DNA of 28,394 nucleotides, from NCBI GenBank assembly GCA_043813365.1, contig JBDRLB010000047.1, forward strand, positions 1 through 28,394, read 5' to 3'. Positions 8,639 to 16,187 of the stretch are shown here, in pieces. Numbering within the stretch: the stretch's first letter is position 1; each line of letters begins with the position of its first letter. A model generated the notes under the pieces. The model ran no database searches. It saw only the letters and a program-made list of their open reading frames with translations, and was not told the DNA's origin. This DNA comes from Candidatus Micrarchaeota archaeon (GTDB lineage Archaea; Micrarchaeota; Micrarchaeia; Norongarragalinales; SBBD01). The translations under genes and the position numbers were made by a program.

Positions 8639-9346
8639 TTGTCGAGTGATCTGATGAGACTAAGGAGCATTGCAATAATACCCGATGGGAACCGGAGGTT
8701 TGCAAGGAAGGGCGCACTCAGCGTCAGGAAGGCATATTCGCAGGGCTTCCGGAAAGTGGAGGAAGTGATGGACTGGGCGGAGAAGGCGGATGTGAAAAGC
8801 GTCGCCTTCTGGGCGCTTTCATTGGAGAATTACAGGAAGAGGAGCAAATTCGAATTGAGGATACTGTTTTCACTGATGAGGCACAAATTGCGCGAATCGC
8901 TGAATGAACGCACCTTCGAGAGGAACGGCATCAAAGTAAAATTCTTCGGCAGGACGGACCTCCTTCCCAAGGATTTGCAGGAGATGATGACTGAACTCGA
9001 ATCACGCACTTCAAAATACCAGAGGGAATTGGGGATTGCTGTCGCTTATTCGGGCAGGGAGGAGATACTTTCTGCTGCGAAGAAAATTGCAATTGATTTC
9101 TTCGGCAAACAGGAAAAAGTCGCCTCCTTGAATGAACACGATTTCGAGAAATACCTCTACCAGCCGCAATCGCCGGATCTTATAATCAGGACGGGTGACG
9201 TTTCCAGATTATCCGGCTTCCTGCCATGGCAGACCGCGTATTCGGAGCTGTATTTCAGCAAGAAGCTGTGGCCGGAATTCGGGGAGGCTGATTTCCAGCA
9301 GGCGGTCGAATTCTACAACGAGACCCAGAGAAGGTTTGGGAAGTAA
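8639..9346 (+). CDS. uppS: cis-prenyltransferase (polyprenyl diphosphate synthase)
   Basis: IIPDGNRRFA, ALSLENY, YSGREEI, PDLIIRTG..RLSGFLPWQTAYSELYF, WPEF, RRFGK. Start is either TTG 8639 or the nearby in-frame ATG. Confidence 0.95.
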   Translation: MSSDLMRLRSIAIIPDGNRRFARKGALSVRKAYSQGFRKVEEVMDWAEKADVKSVAFWALSLENYRKRSKFELRILFSLMRHKLRESLNERTFERNGIKVKFFGRTDLLPKDLQEMMTELESRTSKYQRELGIAVAYSGREEILSAAKKIAIDFFGKQEKVASLNEHDFEKYLYQPQSPDLIIRTGDVSRLSGFLPWQTAYSELYFSKKLWPEFGEADFQQAVEFYNETQRRFGK

Positions 9347-9393
9347 TTGCAACGACCCTCCCGCAATAATTTATTAATGCGTTTTCACATCTA

Positions 9394-9900
9394 ATGCATA
9401 TGCCCAGGGAAAATTGGGAGAACAAGCCGGAATATTCAAAAGCACTGGCAGAAAGAGTCAGAAGAAGTGGCTTCCGCCCAGACATCGTCGTAGCTATTAA
9501 GAGGGGAGGCACCGTGCCTGGCAAAATAATCGCCCAACAATTAGGTGCGGAATACGAGGAAATTACGGCCCAAAGGCCGGCGTCAGCCTCAGGCCGGGGG
9601 GGAAGAACGATCGGGGAGGCCCTCAAATTCTTCCAGAAGCCGGAAATAGACGAGGGGACAACTAGCCCGGTTTCGAATAAAAAAGTGCTGATTGTAGACA
9701 ATAGCATTAGTTCCGGAAAGACGACGGAACTGGTAAGGAGGCATTTGCTTGGCCGCGGAGCATTGTCCGCAAACATACGGACTGCTGCGCTATATTATCT
9801 CGCAGGCTTAAAACAAAGAAAGCCTCCGGATTATTACCTAACCCACAGGAATACCCGCCTATTCAGGCCAATGGCTCCTAAAATCCCGCGGCAAGAATAA
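9394..9900 (+). CDS. Phosphoribosyltransferase-fold protein with degenerate PRPP motif
   Basis: FRPDIVVAIKRGGTVPG, KKVLIVDNSISSGKT, IRTAAL, PDYY. Confidence 0.78.
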   Translation: MHMPRENWENKPEYSKALAERVRRSGFRPDIVVAIKRGGTVPGKIIAQQLGAEYEEITAQRPASASGRGGRTIGEALKFFQKPEIDEGTTSPVSNKKVLIVDNSISSGKTTELVRRHLLGRGALSANIRTAALYYLAGLKQRKPPDYYLTHRNTRLFRPMAPKIPRQE

Positions 9901-9923
9901 GCAATCAAAGCAACTAAAAATAC

Positions 9924-10607
9924 TTAGTGCGAGCCCGAAGCTGAAACAGCTTCCTCCGGGACAGGCTCCCCGCCCTCCTCCTCGCTTTTTACGGGCTCCT
10001 CGCCCTTGTCTATTTCGGAATAATTCTGGACGTCGAATACCTCGAAAAGCTCCGTCTTGTTGAGCTCCATCCTCTTGATGGGCGAGATCTTCTTGAGAAT
10101 CTTGAACATTTCCGCAGCAGTTTTTCCGTAAAGCGTATCGTAGATGAACTGGCCGAAATCCTTGGCTTTCACCCTCTCCTTCAGTTCGCGGACCATCGTG
10201 TTCCTCAGCAAGGTTTTTATCTTGCCCGAGCATGAGACGCCGGTCACGACAACGGCCTTTATGGTAAAATCGATGCCGTCCCTCGAGATCGCGCGGAACA
10301 CCACCTTCAAGGCATCGTTCTCCCGCCTCACGAGCGCATGTATGAATTCCCTTGAAACCTCGTGGCCGATGAACTTCGTGTAAGCGGTTTTTCCCTTGAT
10401 TTCCGTGATACGGAGGGAAATGTTCGTGTATGTGTGGGAGATGTCCTTCGTGACGTCCTTCAGGGGGATTATGATGATGCGGTTCAGAAGATGCTCATCG
10501 TCAATTGCAATGACCTGCGCGACTTCCACCTCGTTTAGGAATTTCGGCGCCATTACGGAATACCAGCTCTTGCTCTTCCAGTTGTCAACGATTTTTTTAG
10601 TTGCCAT
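9924..10607 (-). CDS. rps3ae: 30S ribosomal protein eS1 (S3Ae)
   Basis: DNWKSKSWYSVMAP, AYTKFIGHE, KKISPIKRMEL.K; acidic tail; adjacent to rps15. Confidence 0.93.
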   Translation of the reverse strand: MATKKIVDNWKSKSWYSVMAPKFLNEVEVAQVIAIDDEHLLNRIIIIPLKDVTKDISHTYTNISLRITEIKGKTAYTKFIGHEVSREFIHALVRRENDALKVVFRAISRDGIDFTIKAVVVTGVSCSGKIKTLLRNTMVRELKERVKAKDFGQFIYDTLYGKTAAEMFKILKKISPIKRMELNKTELFEVFDVQNYSEIDKGEEPVKSEEEGGEPVPEEAVSASGSH

Positions 10608-10631
10608 TAAATCACTTAGTTAACCATTCCC

Positions 10632-11084
10632 TTACTTAACCAATAACGCCGCCTGCTCGGGGTCGTATTTCCAATTCTTTGGAAGCTTCTTCCCGCGGTA
10701 ATAATTCACGAGCCGCTTGATCTTCGATTCGGTATCAACCAATTTCTTGCTGTTGAGCCGATCCTTCTTGTTCTCTGCCAGGTGCTTGCGCATCTTCACG
10801 GCCTTGCGGATGAGGTCTATCAAGTCTGAAGGGTATTTTGGGGAATGTCCCTTCTCCTTCAGCAGCTGGGAAACGGTTTTTCCGGTCATCGCCTTTATTG
10901 AGGGAACTGCAAATTGATCCCTGAGAATGAGGCCTATTTCCGCTTCCCTGCGGCCTTCCTTCGCTAGCTCAACCACTTTGTCCTCTATTTCCTCCTTGGA
11001 AATGGTCACCCACATGTTTGCGCTGGAACGGCTGGGCTTGTGGGACTTGCTCCTGCCCCTCCTGCGAGAATGCATCCTGGCCAT
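10632..11084 (-). CDS. rps15: 30S ribosomal protein uS15 (archaeal S15/S13e)
   Basis: MARMHSRRRGRSKS, IGLILRDQ, ESKIKRLVNYY, WKYDP. Confidence 0.97.
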   Translation of the reverse strand: MARMHSRRRGRSKSHKPSRSSANMWVTISKEEIEDKVVELAKEGRREAEIGLILRDQFAVPSIKAMTGKTVSQLLKEKGHSPKYPSDLIDLIRKAVKMRKHLAENKKDRLNSKKLVDTESKIKRLVNYYRGKKLPKNWKYDPEQAALLVK

Positions 11085-11192
11085 AAGCATCAACTTAGTC
11101 AATGCTTCTAATCGCTATAGGGAAATAACCCCCTAGCCATCTAAATCCATAGAACTAGAAGCTCAAATAGTTTCCAAGTAAAAGTATTTAAA
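11085..11192 (-). promoter_or_regulatory. rps15 promoter and structured 5' leader (candidate ribosomal leader)
   Basis: Minus-strand TTTAAATA at 11192-11185. The ~75-nt leader has several stems, including AAGCATTGAC-TAA-GTTGATGCTT directly against the ATG. Confidence 0.55.
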
Positions 11193-11231
11193 CGTTGACT
11201 TGGAGGCGTTTTTATAGGAACAATTTTATCC

Positions 11232-11873
11232 ATGGAGGACCGATCAATATTCATGGCAATGTTAGAAAGGCTCCAAAAGCGGCCGATTTGGCCGGAGATA
11301 GTTACAATTGTCAGCCAGAGTGGAAAACCCAGTCCCGCCATACAACAGGAATTGCGGGGGATCGGTTATAAAGTAAAAGCAAGTAGAGTCGTTTCTTTGC
11401 GTCAAAGATTGAGGAAAGCAGGCCATAAGGTGTATTCGGGAGGGGCGCCGGAAGGCGATATAGCAAAAAGGATCAAAAAGGATTTCGGCGAGCGGATAGC
11501 CCAGGAATTCGAAAAACATCCGGGGATCCACCCGGTCGAGCGCGCGAGCGCCCTAATTCCCCATCTGAGCGAAGTGCGGCTTTCCCAATTGACTGGTTTT
11601 GCCCGGAACACTGTCAGGAGCAGGCTGGCGATGCCTAGGAAATATATACCATCGGCCGGATCGGCTTTCGGCGAGTCAGCAAGGGCTGCAATTTCCCTTG
11701 CGCTTAAAAAAGGCACTCCAGACAAAACATTGCTTGCGAGGCTTAAAGAAACGACGGGAAGAGATTGGAACATCGATATGCTAGTTAGGGAAACACGAAA
11801 AAAAAGCAGCGCCTATTACAACCCAGATTTCAGCATCGAAAATCTTAGGGCCGTCCAAGAACGGAAGCAATAA
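11232..11873 (+). CDS. Orphan basic protein, possibly with HTH-like segments
   Basis: 213-aa ORF filling the rps15-trmJ gap. LSEVRLSQLTGFARNTVRSRL resembles a helix-turn-helix. Confidence 0.65.
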   Translation: MEDRSIFMAMLERLQKRPIWPEIVTIVSQSGKPSPAIQQELRGIGYKVKASRVVSLRQRLRKAGHKVYSGGAPEGDIAKRIKKDFGERIAQEFEKHPGIHPVERASALIPHLSEVRLSQLTGFARNTVRSRLAMPRKYIPSAGSAFGESARAAISLALKKGTPDKTLLARLKETTGRDWNIDMLVRETRKKSSAYYNPDFSIENLRAVQERKQ

Positions 11874-11905
11874 CGCCTGAAGAAAGCACCAACGCGTTAA
11901 TCTGA

Positions 11906-11962
11906 TTAACGTTTAATCCGCTTGCTTATGCCCCCTATCGCCACAAACAACGCCTTTATTTC
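11906..11962 (-). pseudogene. Synonymously recoded duplicate of the trmJ 3' end (18 codons plus stop)
   Basis: Translates to EIKALFVAIGGISKRIKR*, identical to the product of 12025-12081, with 17 differences in 57 nt. Confidence 0.93.
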
Positions 11963-12023
11963 CCTCGCCTTGCCCCTTTCTCCCGAGAAAGGTGCGATGG
12001 CTCCGCGCCAAAGAGGGAATTTG
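11960..12023. repeat. Double-hairpin dispersed element, homologous to part of the tRNA-Val intron
   Basis: Shares six ordered exact blocks (GCCTTG, CCTTTCT, AGAAAGG, CGATGGC, GCCAAAGA, AATTTG) with 15992-16045. Closed by the stem TTCCCTC/GAGGGAA. Confidence 0.85.
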
Positions 12024-12024
12024 A

Positions 12025-12715
12025 TCAGCGCTTGATTCTCTTGCTAATCCCTCCGATCGCAACAAAAAGGGCTTTGATCTCCTCATCCGATATCCTGGAT
12101 CGCTTCAGGATGTTCTCGAAGGCCCAGCCGACCTTCCTTTTGTCGCGGATTTCGAGCATCCCATCCAAAATTCCGGAAAAAATGCGCTGCATCACCTTGA
12201 CGTCCTTCCTCTTTGCGGGCCGGTAATGGATGAAGGTGCGGGAGGAAGTATAGAGCTCGTAAAGAAGTATTCCAACGGAATGGGAGAGGTTCAGGACGGC
12301 AAATTTGGGCGTTGAGGGGATTGTGACCAGAATGTCGCATTTTTTCAGGTCGGCAAGGGAGAGGCCGGTTCCCTCGTTCCCGAAAACAAGGGATACTTTG
12401 TCCTTTTTTGAAATTTTCGGGCAGAGATCCTTGGGGGAGATGCAGCTTTTGAGCGCATAGCCGAACCTTGCTGAGACACCGGTCGTTCCGACAATGATGT
12501 CCGTCCCTTCAGTTGCTTCCTCCAACGTGGAAACGATTTTCGCCTTTTTCAGTATGGTAACGCCGGATTTTGCAAACATCACAGCCTCCTGCGATTTGGG
12601 CGAGATTTGCGGCCTTACGAGCACGAGCTGCTTTGAGCCGAAATTGGCCATGATGCGGCACACCGAACCCAAATTTACAGGATATAATGGCTCAACGAGC
12701 ACGACCCCTCATCAT
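12025..12715 (-). CDS. trmJ: SPOUT RNA methyltransferase, TrmJ/TrmH family (start region appears frameshifted)
   Basis: LVEP..P.NLGSVCRIMANFG, VFGNEGTGLS, LNLSHSV.ILLYEL. The open frame begins at GTG 12702; ATG 12715 is out of frame by one base. Confidence 0.88.
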
Positions 12716-12776
12716 TTTCCCCCTCGCAAGAATCTTTTTAAAGCGCCGAACCGTACTTAATCAGGAGGTAACCATC

Positions 12777-14030
12777 ATGCTGAAAAGGTTTATTATTGGG
12801 TTGCTTATTTTCGCCATCCTTATCGGGCAAGCGCAAGCACTCTCATACGACAAGGTGAAGGATGCATCGCAGTATTATGCGAACAAGGGGGAAGAGCAGG
12901 TGGTCGTGCCTACTGAAATGAGCCCCCTGATCTACAATGACGTGAATTATTTCTTCGCATACCTTGCGCCGCAAGATGCGCAGGAGGTGAAGAACCTCGT
13001 GCTAATTATCAGAGAGGAGGGCGAGCAGGGAAGGCTGGAGACGCGGGAGGACGTGCTGAAGCTGATGTATTCCGTGGACTACGACCTTGACTCGATCAAG
13101 GCTCTTCGGGACCGCAAAATCGGGCTGGAGGATCTCAAGAACGTGGTTTCCTCGCTGAAGAACCAGATCGACAATTCCGAGAGCGCCATATTGGAGAACA
13201 TCAAGCGCCAGAGCGAGGATGACTTCACTTCCATAGATGACGCGTTGTATGACATGCAATCTTCCATCGATGATGCAGAGGCAGTGGTGGACGACGGGCT
13301 GATAGCGAAGGAGAATTTTTACGCAAGCGCCACCACTACTGAAATTTCACAAACGGATTTGCAGGATGTGATCTCCAAGAACGAGGACGCCATCAATTCA
13401 TTCTACAGGTTTGCTGCAGACGCGGAATTGTACCAGAAAGCGGTATCGCAGAAGCTGCTCGAGACCAAGGACCAGCAGGTCGCATCGGAACTCTCGAAAA
13501 TAGGGAACCTCAAGGTCGGGGATGCGATACTGAAATCCTACAATGCATCCCTTGCGCAGAAAAAGAAGGATTTCGACATCCGGAAAAGCCGGAAATCAGC
13601 ATTGCTGAACGATTCAATACAGAGTTTATACGCGAGGAAAGCAAAGGTGGAGGCAAGGAACGCATTCGCGGCCTCGCAGCAGAAGGGGCTGATCGATTCG
13701 CTTGTTTCATCAAAGAATGATTTGATAATAAAGCAATGCAAGCTGAGCAGCGAGGAGCTCAAGAGGAGGTGGGAAGCGATAAAAACCGCCATGGACATGC
13801 AGGAATACGAGCTGGTTCCCCTGAAGCTCATGGAGGCGGAAGAAATTGCAGACAACCTGAACTCCCGGCTGCAGGGCTGCGTTAGTGCGACAGCAACGCC
13901 AACTGCAAAGCCGTCTGGATTCGACTACAAGGGGCTCATCCTGCCGGCAGTTGTCGTGCTGGCAATCGTGTTTGCAGTCATCTATTTGGGGAACTACATG
14001 AAGCCCAAGGGGGATGAAATCCAGGAATAG
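12777..14030 (+). CDS. Secreted coiled-coil protein with C-terminal membrane anchor
   Basis: SD AGGAGGT then ATG 12777. Signal peptide ending AQA, long helical body, Thr/Pro linker, TM segment and basic residues. Confidence 0.85.
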   Translation: MLKRFIIGLLIFAILIGQAQALSYDKVKDASQYYANKGEEQVVVPTEMSPLIYNDVNYFFAYLAPQDAQEVKNLVLIIREEGEQGRLETREDVLKLMYSVDYDLDSIKALRDRKIGLEDLKNVVSSLKNQIDNSESAILENIKRQSEDDFTSIDDALYDMQSSIDDAEAVVDDGLIAKENFYASATTTEISQTDLQDVISKNEDAINSFYRFAADAELYQKAVSQKLLETKDQQVASELSKIGNLKVGDAILKSYNASLAQKKKDFDIRKSRKSALLNDSIQSLYARKAKVEARNAFAASQQKGLIDSLVSSKNDLIIKQCKLSSEELKRRWEAIKTAMDMQEYELVPLKLMEAEEIADNLNSRLQGCVSATATPTAKPSGFDYKGLILPAVVVLAIVFAVIYLGNYMKPKGDEIQE

Positions 14031-14082
14031 GTACGTTTATTAAATCGGAAAAAAATATTGATTGAGTTTTTGGGATGCAAAT

Positions 14083-14634
14083 ATGAATCTGCCAGCCGGA
14101 ACAGTAGTCAAGACAGCAATAGACTCCGCCACCATTGACTTTGCGGCGCTGCTCAAGGAGCTCAAGGACAAGGCGTTCAACGGCTACCTTACACTTACGC
14201 TGCAGGGGGTTGGAGGCGTGGAGGAGGGAATAACGGTTTTCGACAATGGTAAAATAGTCGCCGCGTTCTACGAATACCTGAAGTACAATAAGCAGGTGAT
14301 GGGCGACCTCGCATTCCAGAGGGTAATGAACGGCAGTGCCGCGAAGCACGGCATCATAGACATTTACCAGCTCACTAACGACCAGGTACAATTGATACTT
14401 GCTTTTAATGAGCAGGCGATCTGCCTGCCATCGGATGCGGACATCAAGAAGCTCAGGGCCGAGGAGTTCTCCCCGTTTTTCGAGGATCAGGTAAAGGAGA
14501 CCGCCGGCGTGGGCTCGAAGGGCGACCTGCTGAAGAAATTCAAATTGGGGGACGTTGACAAGAAGGATAAGGTGGAGGTCGTTGAGGACGAGGATGAGGA
14601 CCTCATGGCCGACCTGTTCAAGGGAAAGGGATAA
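14083..14634 (+). CDS. DUF2226-like protein
   Basis: MNLPAG...LLKELKDKAFNGYL.L...EEGITVFDNGKIVAA...IIDIYQL; acidic tail with DLLKKFKL. Family assigned from memory. Confidence 0.75.
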   Translation: MNLPAGTVVKTAIDSATIDFAALLKELKDKAFNGYLTLTLQGVGGVEEGITVFDNGKIVAAFYEYLKYNKQVMGDLAFQRVMNGSAAKHGIIDIYQLTNDQVQLILAFNEQAICLPSDADIKKLRAEEFSPFFEDQVKETAGVGSKGDLLKKFKLGDVDKKDKVEVVEDEDEDLMADLFKGKG

Positions 14635-14672
14635 TTTTATTATATAATGCTCAATAACAATCAGGACTGCAT

Positions 14673-15458
14673 ATGCGCACAATCATAATTGCATCGGGAA
14701 AAGGGGGTGTGGGAAAGACATCCATCGCAGTAAACCTAGGGATCGCACTATCGCAGATGGGCAAGCGCGTCATCGTTGTTGATGCGGATGTCAGCATGGC
14801 CAATGTGGGCATCATTTTAGGGATTGACAGGGCGCCGATTTCCCTCCACAATGTGCTGATGGGGGAGGTGAACATCCGCGATGCGGTTTACGAGGGGCCC
14901 GGGAAAGTCAAATACGTTCCTTCAAGCTTATCCCTTGAGCGCGTGAAAAAAATGGTCCTGGAGAAATTCCCCGATGCAATAAAGGATTTGGAGCCGGTTG
15001 CAGATTACGTCCTGATTGACTGCCCTCCGGGAGTGGACAGGATGGTGGAGGCGGCGATTTCAGCTGCAAAGGAAATGATCGTTATTGTGACGCCGGATCC
15101 CGCGAGCCTTGCGGATGCGATGAAAATAATCAGTTTCGCGAGCAAGAAGGGCGTTGCAACCGTAGGGTTCATAGAGAACATGGTTCTTAACGACAAATCC
15201 GAGATTAAGAAGGAGGAGATCGAAACGATGCTCTCGATGAAGATGATACATGCGATCCCGGAGGACATCGAGGTTAGGCGCGCTGCTGCTGTGCAGGTGC
15301 CGTTCATAATCCGGAACCCGAATTCCCCGGCCTCGAGGGAAATAAGGGTGCTTGCCGGAAGGATTACGGGAGAGCAAATCAAGGTTGAGCAGAAGGTTAG
15401 GAAGGGGTTCTTCGCATCGCTGATGGAGGCGATTTTCGGGAAGAAGAAGCAGCAATGA
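14673..15458 (+). CDS. minD: MinD family ATPase
   Basis: Deviant Walker A SGKGGVGKT, VDAD, IDCPPG, and C-terminal amphipathic helix GFFASLMEAIFGKK. Confidence 0.93.
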   Translation: MRTIIIASGKGGVGKTSIAVNLGIALSQMGKRVIVVDADVSMANVGIILGIDRAPISLHNVLMGEVNIRDAVYEGPGKVKYVPSSLSLERVKKMVLEKFPDAIKDLEPVADYVLIDCPPGVDRMVEAAISAAKEMIVIVTPDPASLADAMKIISFASKKGVATVGFIENMVLNDKSEIKKEEIETMLSMKMIHAIPEDIEVRRAAAVQVPFIIRNPNSPASREIRVLAGRITGEQIKVEQKVRKGFFASLMEAIFGKKKQQ

Positions 15459-15490
15459 GGATTATATTTTTTTAACAAAAGGGTGGGTAA

Positions 15491-15724
<234 letters not shown>

Positions 15725-15757
15725 GTTCCAAGCCCTTATTATCAGATAGCACTAGAG

Positions 15758-15864
15758 TGGACTCGGCGGGATTTTCGAGAGCATGCGAGCGAACCCGCAA
15801 AGCCCAATCGAACCCGCTGTCTCCTGCATGCCATGCAGGCGTGTTACCAGTCCACTACGAGCCC
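15758..15864 (-). tRNA. tRNA-Ala(GGC) with a 35-nt intron at position 59/60 (15772-15806)
   Basis: Acceptor stem GGGCTCG/CGAGTCC with G3:U70 and A73. Anticodon arm CCTGC-ATGGCAT-GCAGG. T stem GCGGG/CCCGC. BHB with helix TTCG/CGAA and bulges ATT and AAT. CCA not encoded. Confidence 0.93.
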
Positions 15865-15895
15865 AAGAATAGGGTACTTATTGTGCGCACAAAGG

Positions 15896-15903
15896 ATTTA
15901 AAT
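15896..15903. promoter_or_regulatory. Palindromic TATA box shared by the two divergent tRNA genes
   Basis: ATTTAAAT is centred in the 68-bp spacer, about 34-36 bp from both mature 5' ends. Confidence 0.65.
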
Positions 15904-15932
15904 AAATAGATTCGAATAGTTACTTCCTTTTC

Positions 15933-16096
15933 GGGCCCAGAGTCGGTCGGTAAGACGTTCGCTTGACGTGCGAAAGACGTGGGGTTCAATTGCCTTGCCT
16001 TTCTTTTCAAAGAAAGGCGATGGCGCCGCCAAAGAAAGAAATTTGTCGGCTCCGCCGAATTCATCGGCAAGGCATGGACAATTCCCTATGGGCCCA
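15933..16096 (+). tRNA. tRNA-Val(GAC) with a 92-nt T-loop intron (about 15990-16081, likely position 58/59)
   Basis: Acceptor stem GGGCCCA/TGGGCCC plus A73. Anticodon arm TTCGC-TTGACGT-GCGAA. T stem TGGGG/CCCTA. Removing 92 nt restores the loop TTCAATT. Relaxed BHB with helix GTTC/GGAC, followed by the stem TGCCTTGCC/GGCAAGGCA. Confidence 0.9.
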
Positions 16097-16187
16097 TCTC
16101 TGCGACGGGGGAAGTATCCCCCTCGACCAGATTGGTCGTTCCCCCTCTAGATGAATTTTTCGCTCCCCCCTCATTTATTGCGAAAAT

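Noticed and set aside
11960..12023. Hammerhead ribozyme reading of the three-way junction
   Set aside because: No CUGANGA core in the junction on either strand.
11963..12081. Idea that this 119-nt segment is a BHB intron in trmJ mRNA whose removal swaps in the second C-terminus
   Set aside because: The two junctions are similar (GAGGAGAT / GAGGGAAAT), not complementary, so I cannot build a BHB. The unspliced gene is already complete.
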